A stretch of 24,000 nt of DNA from Macrococcus lamae (GTDB lineage Bacteria > Bacillota > Bacilli > Staphylococcales > Staphylococcaceae), in contig NZ_SCWB01000019.1 in the NCBI RefSeq assembly GCF_004359545.1, positions 1 to 24,000 of the forward strand, given 5' to 3'. Each line of letters starts with the position of its first letter. The first letter of the stretch is position 1. The notes below the pieces were generated by a model. It worked only from the letters and a program-made list of their open reading frames with translations. It did no database searches and had not been told where the DNA came from. This document shows, in pieces, positions 15,950-24,000 of the stretch. The position numbers and the translations under genes were made by a program.

Positions 15950-15975
15950 ACTCATTACAGAAAGGTGGGCGCGTC

Positions 15976-17745
15976 ATGGATATTCAAGAACGTGCAGTTC
16001 AGATTTTAAAAGAGACTTATGGTGAGTCGAGTCAGTTCCGCGAGGGTCAGCTTGAGGCGATTACGGCGGTTGTGAATAAGGAGAAGTCGCTGGTCATTCA
16101 GAAGACGGGGTGGGGTAAGTCGATTGTCTATTTTATTGCGACGAAGATTCTGCGCGAGCGCGGTGCCGGGCCGACGATTATCATCAGCCCGCTTCTCGCT
16201 CTGATGCATAACCAGATAGAGGCTGCATCTAAACTCGGGCTTGATATTGTGACCATCAACAGTCAGAATCGTGAGGACTGGGATGCGATTTATAAGCGGC
16301 TCAATGACGTTGATGCGATCATTGTCTCGCCTGAGAAGTTATCGAGTCCTGAGTTTATTGAGCGGCTGTCTGCTGTGTCTGATATACAGATGGTTGTGGT
16401 AGATGAGGCGCATTCGATTTCTGACTGGGGGCATGACTTCCGTCCGGATTATCAGCGTATCGTCTATCTGCTGCAGTCTTTTCCCGACCATATCGCCATC
16501 CTCGGTACAACGGCGACGGCTAATGACCGGGTGATTGAGGATATCAAGAATCAGCTGGGCGATCTGAATGTTTTTCGCGGTGATTTGATTCGGGATAATA
16601 TCTCTATTCAGGTCAATCCGTCTCAGAGCAAAGTTGAACGCCTCGCGTTTATCACGGATGCTTTGACTCGCCATCCGTTTTTAAGTCAGAAGCAAGGGAT
16701 TATCTACTGTCTGACGAAAAAGGAATGTGAGTCTGTTGCTCAGTTTCTAGTTCAGCACGGTATTTCTGCACCGGCCTATTATTCAGGTGTACAAGGAGAG
16801 TCTGGCGAAGATATTTCCGAGGAAATTCTAAGTGCTTTTCATAGCGGTGAGACACGTGTGATTGTCTCCACTGTAAAGCTCGGTATGGGTTATGACAAAT
16901 CGGATATCGGTTTCGTCATTCATTTCCAGCTGCCGCAGAACCTGATTGCCTACTATCAGCAGATTGGCCGTGCCGGGCGCGATGGTTCTCCTAGTCTCGC
17001 AGTGCTCCTGCATGGTGATGAAGACGAGGAAATCATCAAGTCATTTATTGAAGGTGCGAATAAAGATCCAGAGCTGTTGTCACAGATTCTGGATCTCTTG
17101 CATAACAATGACCAGGGGCTAAAGCGCAACGAGATTCTGCAGCATTTCAATCTGAATGTTACAAAGCTGTCGTCTGTCTTAAAATACCTCTATGTCCATA
17201 ACTATATTTATATGGATAAGACCACCTATCATCTCAACCGCAACCAGCACTTCGATGCTGTGCGAAATGCTGAGGTCCAGCAGCAGCTGAATGAGACACG
17301 TCTAGCTGAGCTCGCAAGATTAAAGGACTTCATTGAATACGACGGCTGCTATATGAAGTTTATTGCAGACGAGCTGGATGCACCGGATGCCAAGGAGACT
17401 TGCGGTATCTGCGTCCATTGCCGAGGTCGCCAGTTTATTGTCATGAAAGATGATAATCCGTATCTGGAAGCTGCCCGCGACTACAAGAACCAGCTGCACG
17501 GTGTCATCAAGCCACGAAAAAGATGGTCGAATAATAAGAAGATTGAATTTATATCTATCCGCCAACATATATATTGTAGGTCCATCGTGCAATTAATAGG
17601 GCATCCGTTATATAATTGTAAAAAATCCCTCCTACTTCTTATAAACTTTTGTTCTGAACATGTAACTATTGAATCCAATCGTACTTACAAAGATAACTGC
17701 AAACAGAACATAGGGTCCCCACTCTGGTCCGAAGTTGGTGACTAA
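15976..17745 (+). CDS. RecQ-like helicase paralog truncated after the Zn-cluster/WH region. It lacks the PRTase domain, and its last ~66 codons are unrelated read-through.
   Basis: About 85% aa identity by eye to 822-2900 up to ...KPRKRWSNNKKI (nt 17546). The ORF then continues through the filler and the antisense of the neighbouring gene, overlapping 17632-17745. All helicase motifs are intact. Confidence 0.75.
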   Translation: MDIQERAVQILKETYGESSQFREGQLEAITAVVNKEKSLVIQKTGWGKSIVYFIATKILRERGAGPTIIISPLLALMHNQIEAASKLGLDIVTINSQNREDWDAIYKRLNDVDAIIVSPEKLSSPEFIERLSAVSDIQMVVVDEAHSISDWGHDFRPDYQRIVYLLQSFPDHIAILGTTATANDRVIEDIKNQLGDLNVFRGDLIRDNISIQVNPSQSKVERLAFITDALTRHPFLSQKQGIIYCLTKKECESVAQFLVQHGISAPAYYSGVQGESGEDISEEILSAFHSGETRVIVSTVKLGMGYDKSDIGFVIHFQLPQNLIAYYQQIGRAGRDGSPSLAVLLHGDEDEEIIKSFIEGANKDPELLSQILDLLHNNDQGLKRNEILQHFNLNVTKLSSVLKYLYVHNYIYMDKTTYHLNRNQHFDAVRNAEVQQQLNETRLAELARLKDFIEYDGCYMKFIADELDAPDAKETCGICVHCRGRQFIVMKDDNPYLEAARDYKNQLHGVIKPRKRWSNNKKIEFISIRQHIYCRSIVQLIGHPLYNCKKSLLLLINFCSEHVTIESNRTYKDNCKQNIGSPLWSEVGD

Positions 17746-17946
17746 ATAGAGTGCAATAATTGCTGCACTGACAACAAACAAAAACTTGCCCATACCCTGG
17801 CATAATTTCTTCTCGTCATACTGGCTCTGCTGGTCTTTACTCATCGTATTGTAGCCGGCGATCAGCATCGCACCTTTCCCCATTGAAAACATAACAGCAA
17901 GCGGTATAAGGATGAATAATATGATAATCAGTACAACAAGCGGCAT
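17632..17946 (-). CDS. Small membrane protein, DUF3784-like (104 aa), paralog of 3993-4307
   Basis: ATG with GGAGGG upstream. Same length and architecture as 3993-4307 (GKGAMLIAGYNTMSKDQQSQYDEKKL). Confidence 0.8.
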   Translation of the reverse strand: MPLVVLIIILFILIPLAVMFSMGKGAMLIAGYNTMSKDQQSQYDEKKLCQGMGKFLFVVSAAIIALYLVTNFGPEWGPYVLFAVIFVSTIGFNSYMFRTKVYKK

Positions 17947-18056
17947 GTAGTTCCCTCCGTTTTTTAATCTATTCTTTTCAATTTTATCTTATTTTCCGTA
18001 TTTGTGTATTTAATTTCCATAAACCGATTTTCAAAAGCACCAAACAAGACAGCAAA

Positions 18057-18078
18057 TTGTCATCAATGTATGTGACAA
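18057..18078. promoter_or_regulatory. Putative MtlR operator (TTGTCA-N10-TGACAA; TTGTCATC...ATGTGACAA) upstream of mtlA
   Basis: The inverted repeat lies about 90-110 nt upstream of the mtlA ATG. It resembles the TTGNCACA-N4-TGTGNCAA type MtlR site that I recall being reported for Bacillus subtilis. Confidence 0.45.
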
Positions 18079-18164
18079 AGTTAAGTTTAGTATGTGTTGT
18101 GTAAGACTCAATAACGTCTTAACATGAAGACAGTATAAAAAATATTTTTAAAGGAGAGAAACAT

Positions 18165-19682
18165 ATGGCAGAACAAAAAAATGGTCTTCAACGCAAAGTC
18201 CAAGCTTTTGGTTCTTTTTTAAGCAGCATGGTCATGCCGAACATTGCAGTATTCATTGCATGGGGATTCCTCACTGCTCTATTTATTCCAGATGGCTGGT
18301 GGCCGAATAAAGACTTAGCTAAAATCGTCGATCCAACTATTCACTATCTTATTCCAATCTTAATCGCATTCATGGGTGGTAAACTCATTCATGATGTACG
18401 CGGCGGTGTTGTCGGTGCAGCAGCAACAATGGGTATTATCGCTGCCTTTGACCAGCATATGTTACTAGGCGCAATGATTATCGGACCATTAACAGCATGG
18501 TTAATGAAGCAGTTCGATAAAGTTGTCCAACCAAGAATTCGTACTGGTTTTGAGATGTTAATCAATAACTTCTCAGCTGGATTTTTAGCATTAGGTATGA
18601 TGATTGTTTCATATTATTTATTAGCTCCAATTGTCGGCTGGATTATGTGGGTACTTGGTAAAGGCGTCAAATTCCTTGTTGACCTTCACATCCTTCCTTT
18701 AACTTCAATCTTGATTGAACCAGCAAAAGTATTATTCTTAAACAACGCAATTAACCACGGTGTGTTAACGCCGCTTGCGACTGATCAGGCTGCTGAAGTT
18801 GGAAAATCTATTCTTTATACATTAGAGTCTAACCCGGGACCAGGTCTTGGTATTTTACTTGCTTACATGATTTTCGGTAGAGGTTCAGCACGTGCGACTG
18901 CACCAGGTGCGGCATTGATCCACTTTATCGGTGGTATTCACGAGATTTACTTCCCGTATGTACTGATGAAACCTGCGATGATTATTGCAGCGATCTCAGG
19001 TGGTATGACTGGTGTTGCAATCTTCTCAGCGCTTGATTTCGGTTTGAAATCACCTGCTGCTCCAGGTTCAATACTTGCGTATATGGCAGTAACGCCTAAA
19101 GGTGATTTATTAACAATGTTTGCTGGTGTTCTCGGCGCAGCACTTGTTTCATTCATCGTCGGTTCATTAATTCTTAAATTCTCTAAAGATAAAGGCGAAG
19201 AAGATTTAGCAGCAGCAACAGCTAAGATGGAAGCAACGAAAGGCAAAAAATCTTCTGTTGCCGGTGCATTGACTGGCAAGGCAGCAGGTGCTACAACTTC
19301 TGACCGCGTAAAAGTGGTTGAAGTTGATAAAGACGAAACGACTGAGCCGAATTTATTGAATCAATATGATACAGAGAACGTGGGCGCACACGATTACTCA
19401 CATGTCAGCAAAGTCATCTTTGCGTGTGATGCGGGTATGGGTTCAAGTGCGATGGGTGCGGGTATGCTGCGCAACAAGTTCAAGAAAGCAGGCATCAATG
19501 CTGAAGTGACAAACTCTGCAATCAACCAGTTACCGCGGGATGCACAGCTTGTCATCACGCAGAAAGTTCTGACTGACCGTGCAATCAAGCAAGTGCCGGA
19601 TGCCATCCATATTTCAGTGGATAACTTCCTGAACTCCCCGCGTTATGATGAATTAATCGAAAACTTGAAGAAAGACCAATAA
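18165..19682 (+). CDS. mtlA: PTS mannitol-specific EIICB component
   Basis: SD AAAGGAGAG is upstream. The N-terminus LQRKVQAFGSFLSSMVMPNIAVFIAWG and a polytopic EIIC region are followed by an Ala/Lys-rich linker. The EIIB domain has the phospho-Cys motif VIFACDAGMGSSAMGAGMLRNKF. Confidence 0.95.
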   Translation: MAEQKNGLQRKVQAFGSFLSSMVMPNIAVFIAWGFLTALFIPDGWWPNKDLAKIVDPTIHYLIPILIAFMGGKLIHDVRGGVVGAAATMGIIAAFDQHMLLGAMIIGPLTAWLMKQFDKVVQPRIRTGFEMLINNFSAGFLALGMMIVSYYLLAPIVGWIMWVLGKGVKFLVDLHILPLTSILIEPAKVLFLNNAINHGVLTPLATDQAAEVGKSILYTLESNPGPGLGILLAYMIFGRGSARATAPGAALIHFIGGIHEIYFPYVLMKPAMIIAAISGGMTGVAIFSALDFGLKSPAAPGSILAYMAVTPKGDLLTMFAGVLGAALVSFIVGSLILKFSKDKGEEDLAAATAKMEATKGKKSSVAGALTGKAAGATTSDRVKVVEVDKDETTEPNLLNQYDTENVGAHDYSHVSKVIFACDAGMGSSAMGAGMLRNKFKKAGINAEVTNSAINQLPRDAQLVITQKVLTDRAIKQVPDAIHISVDNFLNSPRYDELIENLKKDQ

Positions 19683-19744
19683 TTAGACAATTGGTCAGTC
19701 AACAGCTACACTTTAACTGAATAATTTTTGAAAGGAGTGGGGGT

Positions 19745-21754
19745 ATGCAGGTCAGTAATCGCGAGAAGAGAATCATCGAATCGTTGCTGAAGAATCCCCG
19801 CTCCTTTTTGACGATTCGGCAGATTGCACAGGACCTCGGTGTCTCAAGCCGGACGATTCACCGGGAGCTGAAATTTGTCGAGCGTACGCTTGGCCGCTTC
19901 GGGCTTGACCTGCTCCGACTTCCCAACAAAGGGCTGCGCATCGAGGGGGACAGCGAGCATTTCAATCAGCTGACCGACCAGCTCGATGCGATGGATGTCC
20001 TTGACTTGTCGATGGATGAACGGAAAGTCATCATATTATACACCTTGATTAAAGCAAAGGATCCGGTCAAACTGTACGGTCTTGCAAGCGAGATCGGCAT
20101 TTCCATCAATAAGCTGAACAAAGAACTCTCAGCGCTTGAAATGGACCTCACCCGCTACCATCTGGAACTCCAGAAGAAGCGCGGCGAAGGGCTCGTGCTG
20201 TCCGGCGGTGAAGTCAACAAACGCCAGCTGCTCGCAGACCTCATGCTTGAAAGACTGAATTCAACAAGCGTCTACTCAGTCATCGAAGACCACTTCGTCT
20301 ATCAGACGTTGAATGACGAGAAGCTGCTTGAAATCGTCGATATGAATCAGATCTTCAATGTCGAGCGGTTGCTGATGGATGAGCTGTCAGAACTTCCTTA
20401 CGTCTTGATGGAGACATCGTATTTGACGCTGACGATTCACATTGTGCTCGCGATTGAACGCATCCGTAACGGCGAGCAGGTGATGATTAATGAAGAGCTC
20501 ATTCAGGCGCTGCGAGTGACTCCTGAATTCAAGGTCGCAGAAAACTTAGCTGAGTCACTATCTCATGTCTACAACGTAGACTTTGACCTTGAGGAAGTCG
20601 TCTTTATCACGATGCATCTGCGCGGGGCGAAACGCCGGGCGGATGAAAGTGAGACAGCGATTGATATTACGACAGAAGCAGAACAGCTGATCGCGCATGT
20701 TGAGCGGCTGACCGGCAATGACTTTGAAGGCAACACCGTGCTCCGGGAAGGCATTCTTCTTCACCTCGTACCTGCTTTGAATCGTCTGTCAGGTGGTATA
20801 GAAACGTATAACCCGCTGACGGATATGATTAAGGCGGACTATCTGGTATTATTTGAAGCCGTGAGCAGTGCCCTCGCCCGGATATTTCCTGACCATTCGT
20901 TTCCGGACGGGGAAATCGCCTTCGTAGTGCTGCATTTCGGCGGCGCTATGAAAGCAGCTGAAGAAGAGCAGGTGCTCGTCGTCTGTACGAGCGGGATTGG
21001 AACAAGCAGAATACTGTCCAATCAGATCGAGCAGAACTTCCCAAATGTCACTGTCGCCCGTCAAGCCTCGGTCAGTGAACTGAAGTCGATTGCGCTGGAC
21101 CAGTTTGACCATATTATTTCGACGGTCGGTCTGGATATCAAGCAGCCTTATACAGTGGTCAATCCACTGCTCCCTGCATCCGACAAGCAGATTCTGGCGC
21201 AGATTTTCACATCTCCTGCAGTGAAGCGGCAGAAAGTGACGCCTATGGTCCATCTCAACACTTATGACGCGGTCGTCCCGTTCGTCGTCGAAGGTCATGC
21301 ATTGATCGATGCGCTTTACTTCCATGAGACAGATGTCCTGACGCTGGAAGACGCAATCGCGGATTATGTGGCAGCACATCATATTACAAGCGAAAGCGAG
21401 GAACTGCTGGCTGTCATCGGCAAACGAGAGGACGCGCAGGGATTTGCGATAACCGGTTCAGAGATTGCGCTCCCTCACCTCGTCCATCCATTGATTGAGC
21501 GCCCGGGCATTGCATTAATTACTTTAGCTAAGCACGTGGCTGCTAAAAACATGGATGACGACACGCAGCATGTCCGATACCTCGCGATTATGCTGCTGCC
21601 GGAAGACACGCGGTTAAGGCCCCTTGTCAGCGAATTCAGTGTATTATTGATGAACCATCTGGAGTCACCAGACAAATTATTTCGCAGCAGATCATTTGTC
21701 GTTAATCATATGAAACAAGCTTTAATGCAGCAAGTCACACAACTAATCTACTAA
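19745..21754 (+). CDS. mtlR: PRD-domain transcriptional activator of the mannitol operon
   Basis: N-terminal HTH ([22 protein letters not shown]), two PRD-like regions ([11 protein letters not shown]; [11 protein letters not shown]), an EIIB-Gat-like domain ([15 protein letters not shown]) and an EIIA-Mtl-like C-terminus (IALPHLVHP). The gene sits between mtlA and mtlF. Confidence 0.9.
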   Translation: MQVSNREKRIIESLLKNPRSFLTIRQIAQDLGVSSRTIHRELKFVERTLGRFGLDLLRLPNKGLRIEGDSEHFNQLTDQLDAMDVLDLSMDERKVIILYTLIKAKDPVKLYGLASEIGISINKLNKELSALEMDLTRYHLELQKKRGEGLVLSGGEVNKRQLLADLMLERLNSTSVYSVIEDHFVYQTLNDEKLLEIVDMNQIFNVERLLMDELSELPYVLMETSYLTLTIHIVLAIERIRNGEQVMINEELIQALRVTPEFKVAENLAESLSHVYNVDFDLEEVVFITMHLRGAKRRADESETAIDITTEAEQLIAHVERLTGNDFEGNTVLREGILLHLVPALNRLSGGIETYNPLTDMIKADYLVLFEAVSSALARIFPDHSFPDGEIAFVVLHFGGAMKAAEEEQVLVVCTSGIGTSRILSNQIEQNFPNVTVARQASVSELKSIALDQFDHIISTVGLDIKQPYTVVNPLLPASDKQILAQIFTSPAVKRQKVTPMVHLNTYDAVVPFVVEGHALIDALYFHETDVLTLEDAIADYVAAHHITSESEELLAVIGKREDAQGFAITGSEIALPHLVHPLIERPGIALITLAKHVAAKNMDDDTQHVRYLAIMLLPEDTRLRPLVSEFSVLLMNHLESPDKLFRSRSFVVNHMKQALMQQVTQLIY

Positions 21755-21770
21755 ATGGAGTGAAGAAAAC

Positions 21771-22205
21771 ATGTCAAATTTAATCCCAACAGAAAATATT
21801 TTAATGAACCAGAAGCTCGCAACGAAAGAAGAAGCCATCGAAGCAGCAGGCCGTAAACTCGTTGAAGTCGGTGCAGTAGGCGAAGGTTACATCCAGGCGA
21901 TGAAAGACCGTGAAGCTATCGTTTCAACTTATATGGGTAACTTCCTGGCGATTCCTCACGGGACTGACGAAGCAAAAACTGAAGTGATTAAAACAGGCAT
22001 TACATTACTGCACGCACCTGACGGCATCGACTGGGACGGCAACACGGTTAAAGTCGTAGTCGGTATCGCTGGTAAAGACGGTGATCATTTAGATTTATTA
22101 TCACAGATTGCTATTGTCTTCTCAGATGAAGAGAACGTTGACCGAGTCATCCGAGCTCAAACAGCTGACGAAATCAACGCAATCTTCGGGGAGGTTGAAC
22201 TGTAA
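21771..22205 (+). CDS. mtlF: PTS mannitol-specific EIIA component
   Basis: 144 aa with the FLAIPHGT phospho-His motif, in operon context. Confidence 0.93.
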   Translation: MSNLIPTENILMNQKLATKEEAIEAAGRKLVEVGAVGEGYIQAMKDREAIVSTYMGNFLAIPHGTDEAKTEVIKTGITLLHAPDGIDWDGNTVKVVVGIAGKDGDHLDLLSQIAIVFSDEENVDRVIRAQTADEINAIFGEVEL

Positions 22206-23335
22206 TGAAAGCAGTCCATTTCGGTGCCGGCAATATCGGCCGTGGCTTTATCGGTAAAGTATTATATGACAACGGCTATGACATTACATTTGTCGATGTT
22301 AATGCTGAGATGATCGATCTGATCAACAAAGAACAGGAGTATGACGTCATCATCGCTGAAGAAGCGAAGTCCCGTCAGCACGTGTCAGGCGTCAAAGGTA
22401 TCAACAGCATGACAGATACAGACAAGCTGCAAGCTGCCATTAAAGACGCAGACCTAATTACAACAGCAGTCGGTGTCAACATTCTACCGATCATCGCAAA
22501 AAGTATTGCGGGACCACTCAGCGAACGCACGTCTGACAAGCCAGTTAATGTTGTCGCCTGCGAAAATGCAATTATGGCAACCGACCAGCTGAAACAAGCA
22601 GTCGTTGCGATTTCTGGTGAACTAGGTGACCATGTTCATTTTCCTAACTCAGCAGTTGACCGTATCGTACCGATTCAGAAACAGGATAATCCACTAGATG
22701 TTATGGTTGAGCCGTTTTTTGAATGGGTGATTGAAGAAGATGCGTGGGCAGGCGAAAAGCTTGAAGGCGTAAAATATGTTTCTGATCTTCATCCGTATAT
22801 TGAACGCAAATTACTGACTGTGAATACAGGACACGCATTCATCGCATACTTCGGTAGTTACAAAGGCTATACAACAGTGGACGAAGCAATGAAAGATGCA
22901 GAGCTTGTCGAGCAGTTGAAAGCTGTGCTTGCTGAAACAAGTGACTACTTAACGACTGTCTATGACTTCACTGCTGAAGAACAGGCCGCTTACGTCGAGA
23001 AGATCATCAGCCGCTTCAAGAATCCATACTTATCAGATGCATTAAACCGTGTCGGACGTTCACCGCTACGTAAGATCAGCCCGGAAGATCGTGTAGTGAA
23101 GCCGCTCGCTTATCTTGCAGAAGAAGATAGAAAACACGATGCATTAGTTGATATGGCAGCCTACTTACTGCGCTATTCTGATGAACAGGATCCAGAAGCC
23201 GTAGAGAAGAATACCTTTATCGAGGAAAAAGGTATCACTGAATTCCTGAAGCACTATGCCAAAGTTGAAGGTGAACTTGCAAAAGAAATAGCAGAGCGAT
23301 ATAACGCCCTATTGTTTGATAAAGAGAATAACTAG
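22205..23335 (+). CDS. mtlD: Mannitol-1-phosphate 5-dehydrogenase
   Basis: [17 protein letters not shown] Rossmann start, 376 aa. The start overlaps the mtlF stop (TAATG). Confidence 0.95.
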   Translation: MKAVHFGAGNIGRGFIGKVLYDNGYDITFVDVNAEMIDLINKEQEYDVIIAEEAKSRQHVSGVKGINSMTDTDKLQAAIKDADLITTAVGVNILPIIAKSIAGPLSERTSDKPVNVVACENAIMATDQLKQAVVAISGELGDHVHFPNSAVDRIVPIQKQDNPLDVMVEPFFEWVIEEDAWAGEKLEGVKYVSDLHPYIERKLLTVNTGHAFIAYFGSYKGYTTVDEAMKDAELVEQLKAVLAETSDYLTTVYDFTAEEQAAYVEKIISRFKNPYLSDALNRVGRSPLRKISPEDRVVKPLAYLAEEDRKHDALVDMAAYLLRYSDEQDPEAVEKNTFIEEKGITEFLKHYAKVEGELAKEIAERYNALLFDKENN

Positions 23336-23342
23336 TTTTGTT

Positions 23343-23375
23343 GAGACCGTATTATATGGATACGGTCTTTTTGTT
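23343..23375 (+). terminator. mtl operon terminator
   Basis: Stem GAGACCGTAT / ATACGGTCT(T) with a 7-nt loop, followed by TTTTGTT. Confidence 0.8.
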
Positions 23376-23382
23376 ATGAATG

Positions 23383-23468
23383 GATTTCTTAGGATTTTGG
23401 CCTTCAGGAGCCATTTGAAGGCCACTTCTCGTCAGTTTCGACCGATTTCTTAAAAGTTTTGGCCTTCA
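23383..23468. repeat. Short intergenic repeat: two direct copies of GATTTCTTA-N-TTTTGGCCTTCA plus one inverted GGCCTTCA
   Basis: 23383-23406 and 23444-23468 are direct copies. GGCCTTCA (23399-23406) and TGAAGGCC (23416-23423) can form a hairpin. Confidence 0.5.
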
Positions 23469-23474
23469 AGCCAC

Positions 23475-23503
23475 AAAAAACGACCCGCCTCTTCTGCGGG
23501 TCG
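23475..23503 (-). terminator. glmM terminator
   Basis: The minus strand reads CGACCCGC-agaagag-GCGGGTCG followed by TTTTTT. Confidence 0.8.
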
Positions 23504-23513
23504 TCCTCATTTA

Positions 23514-24000
23514 TTATAATCCCATTTTTTCTCTTACGACGTCAGAGATGCTGTTGACGAAACGCTCTGCATCTTCATCTGTTTTTGCTTCTACCATCAC
23601 ACGAACTAATGGCTCTGTCCCTGATGGTCGTACAAGTACACGGCCTTCACCGTTCATCTCTGATTCTACTGCCTGAATCGCTGCTGCCACATCTGCATTC
23701 TGTTCTACCGCATGTTTGTCAGTCACACGAATGTTGACTAAGCGCTGCGGATATTTCGTCATCTGTGCTGCAAGTTCGCTCAACGTCATACCCGACTGCT
23801 TGACGATAGCTGCTAACTGCACGCCTGTCAGTAAGCCATCACCTGTTGTATTATAATCCATCATGACAATATGCCCGGACTGCTCTCCGCCTAAGTTATA
23901 CTGTCCGCGGCGCATCTCTTCTACAACGTAGCGATCGCCGACTTTAGTCTTATCACTCTTGATGCCGTGCTCTTCCAATGCTTTATAGAATCCTAGATTA
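23514..24000 (-). CDS. glmM: Phosphoglucosamine mutase, C-terminal part (the gene continues beyond the right edge)
   Basis: [27 protein letters not shown] and [18 protein letters not shown] are GlmM signatures. The frame stays open to the window end, so the track's Met at 23978 is internal. Confidence 0.93.
   Translation of the reverse strand, partial: NLGFYKALEEHGIKSDKTKVGDRYVVEEMRRGQYNLGGEQSGHIVMMDYNTTGDGLLTGVQLAAIVKQSGMTLSELAAQMTKYPQRLVNIRVTDKHAVEQNADVAAAIQAVESEMNGEGRVLVRPSGTEPLVRVMVEAKTDEDAERFVNSISDVVREKMGL

Larger units (their letters stand above)
15935..18022. repeat. Copy 2 (internally deleted) of the segmental duplication; partner at 795-4380
   Basis: Colinear with 795-2395 and 3990-4380. 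An 83-nt unrelated filler (17547-17629) replaces the 1595-nt block 2396-3990 of copy 1. Confidence 0.85.

Noticed and set aside
17547-17745. The C-terminal ~66 residues of the truncated helicase (EFISIRQHIYCRSIVQLIGHPLYNCKK...WSEVGD), considered as a possible novel domain.
   Set aside because: This sequence is translation of the deletion filler and of the antisense strand of the DUF3784-like gene. It is read-through after a deletion, not a domain.
20849-21382. A 177-aa antisense ORF inside mtlR, the longest shadow ORF. Similar ones lie inside mtlA, glmS, the MBL hydrolase, the XRE regulator, DUF805, the secreted-protein gene (5047-5325, 5108-5356) and the KAP gene.
   Set aside because: They are fully nested in genes with clear family signatures. 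They have no ribosome-binding sites and low-complexity Arg/Cys-rich products.
1-24000. A search for CRISPR arrays, IS elements, integrases, rRNA genes, T-box leaders or other riboswitches.
   Set aside because: No regularly spaced repeats, transposase or integrase motifs, or rRNA-like sequence were seen. The only structured leader recognised is the glmS ribozyme.

Overview
This is a chromosomal segment from a Bacillota genome with Staphylococcaceae-type synteny. The genus is not determinable from the sequence alone. Spot counts of single 60-nt lines give about 45-52% G+C in core genes.

Core genes:
- glmS (7616-9418, -) with its glmS ribozyme leader and promoter
- the mannitol PTS operon mtlA-mtlR-mtlF-mtlD (18165-23335, +)
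- the 3' part of glmM (23514-24000, -)

Between the glmS promoter and the mtlA promoter lies an ~8.2-kb mosaic of accessory genes with uneven base composition and no integrase or transposase. It holds:
- a 347-aa unknown protein
- a DUF1828/DUF1829 gene interrupted by an in-frame TAG
- a formamidase plus FmdB zinc-ribbon pair
- a very AT-rich KAP-family P-loop NTPase gene
- a truncated RecQ-like helicase gene
- a small DUF3784-like membrane protein gene

The left third of the window carries the full-length version of the helicase module. It consists of a 692-aa RecQ-like helicase fused to a ComFC/GntX-type phosphoribosyltransferase-like domain (822-2900). This gene is convergent with an orphan YefM/Axe-type antitoxin, a DUF805 membrane protein and a DUF3784-like membrane protein.

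The two modules (about 795-4380 and about 15935-18022) are diverged direct repeats, roughly 80% nucleotide identity by eye. The second copy lacks a ~1.6-kb block holding the PRTase domain, the antitoxin and DUF805.

Features not in the ORF track:
- a 32-codon hydrophobic-peptide ORF with a strong SD (4430-4528)
- a lone tRNA-Val(GAC)-like gene with an atypical anticodon loop (4586-4657, -)
- the glmS ribozyme
- several rho-independent terminators
- an MtlR-operator-like inverted repeat

The strongest candidates for undescribed biology are the RecQ-PRTase fusion with its neighbourhood and the stand-alone KAP NTPase islet. Neither can be assigned to a named defence system from the sequence alone.
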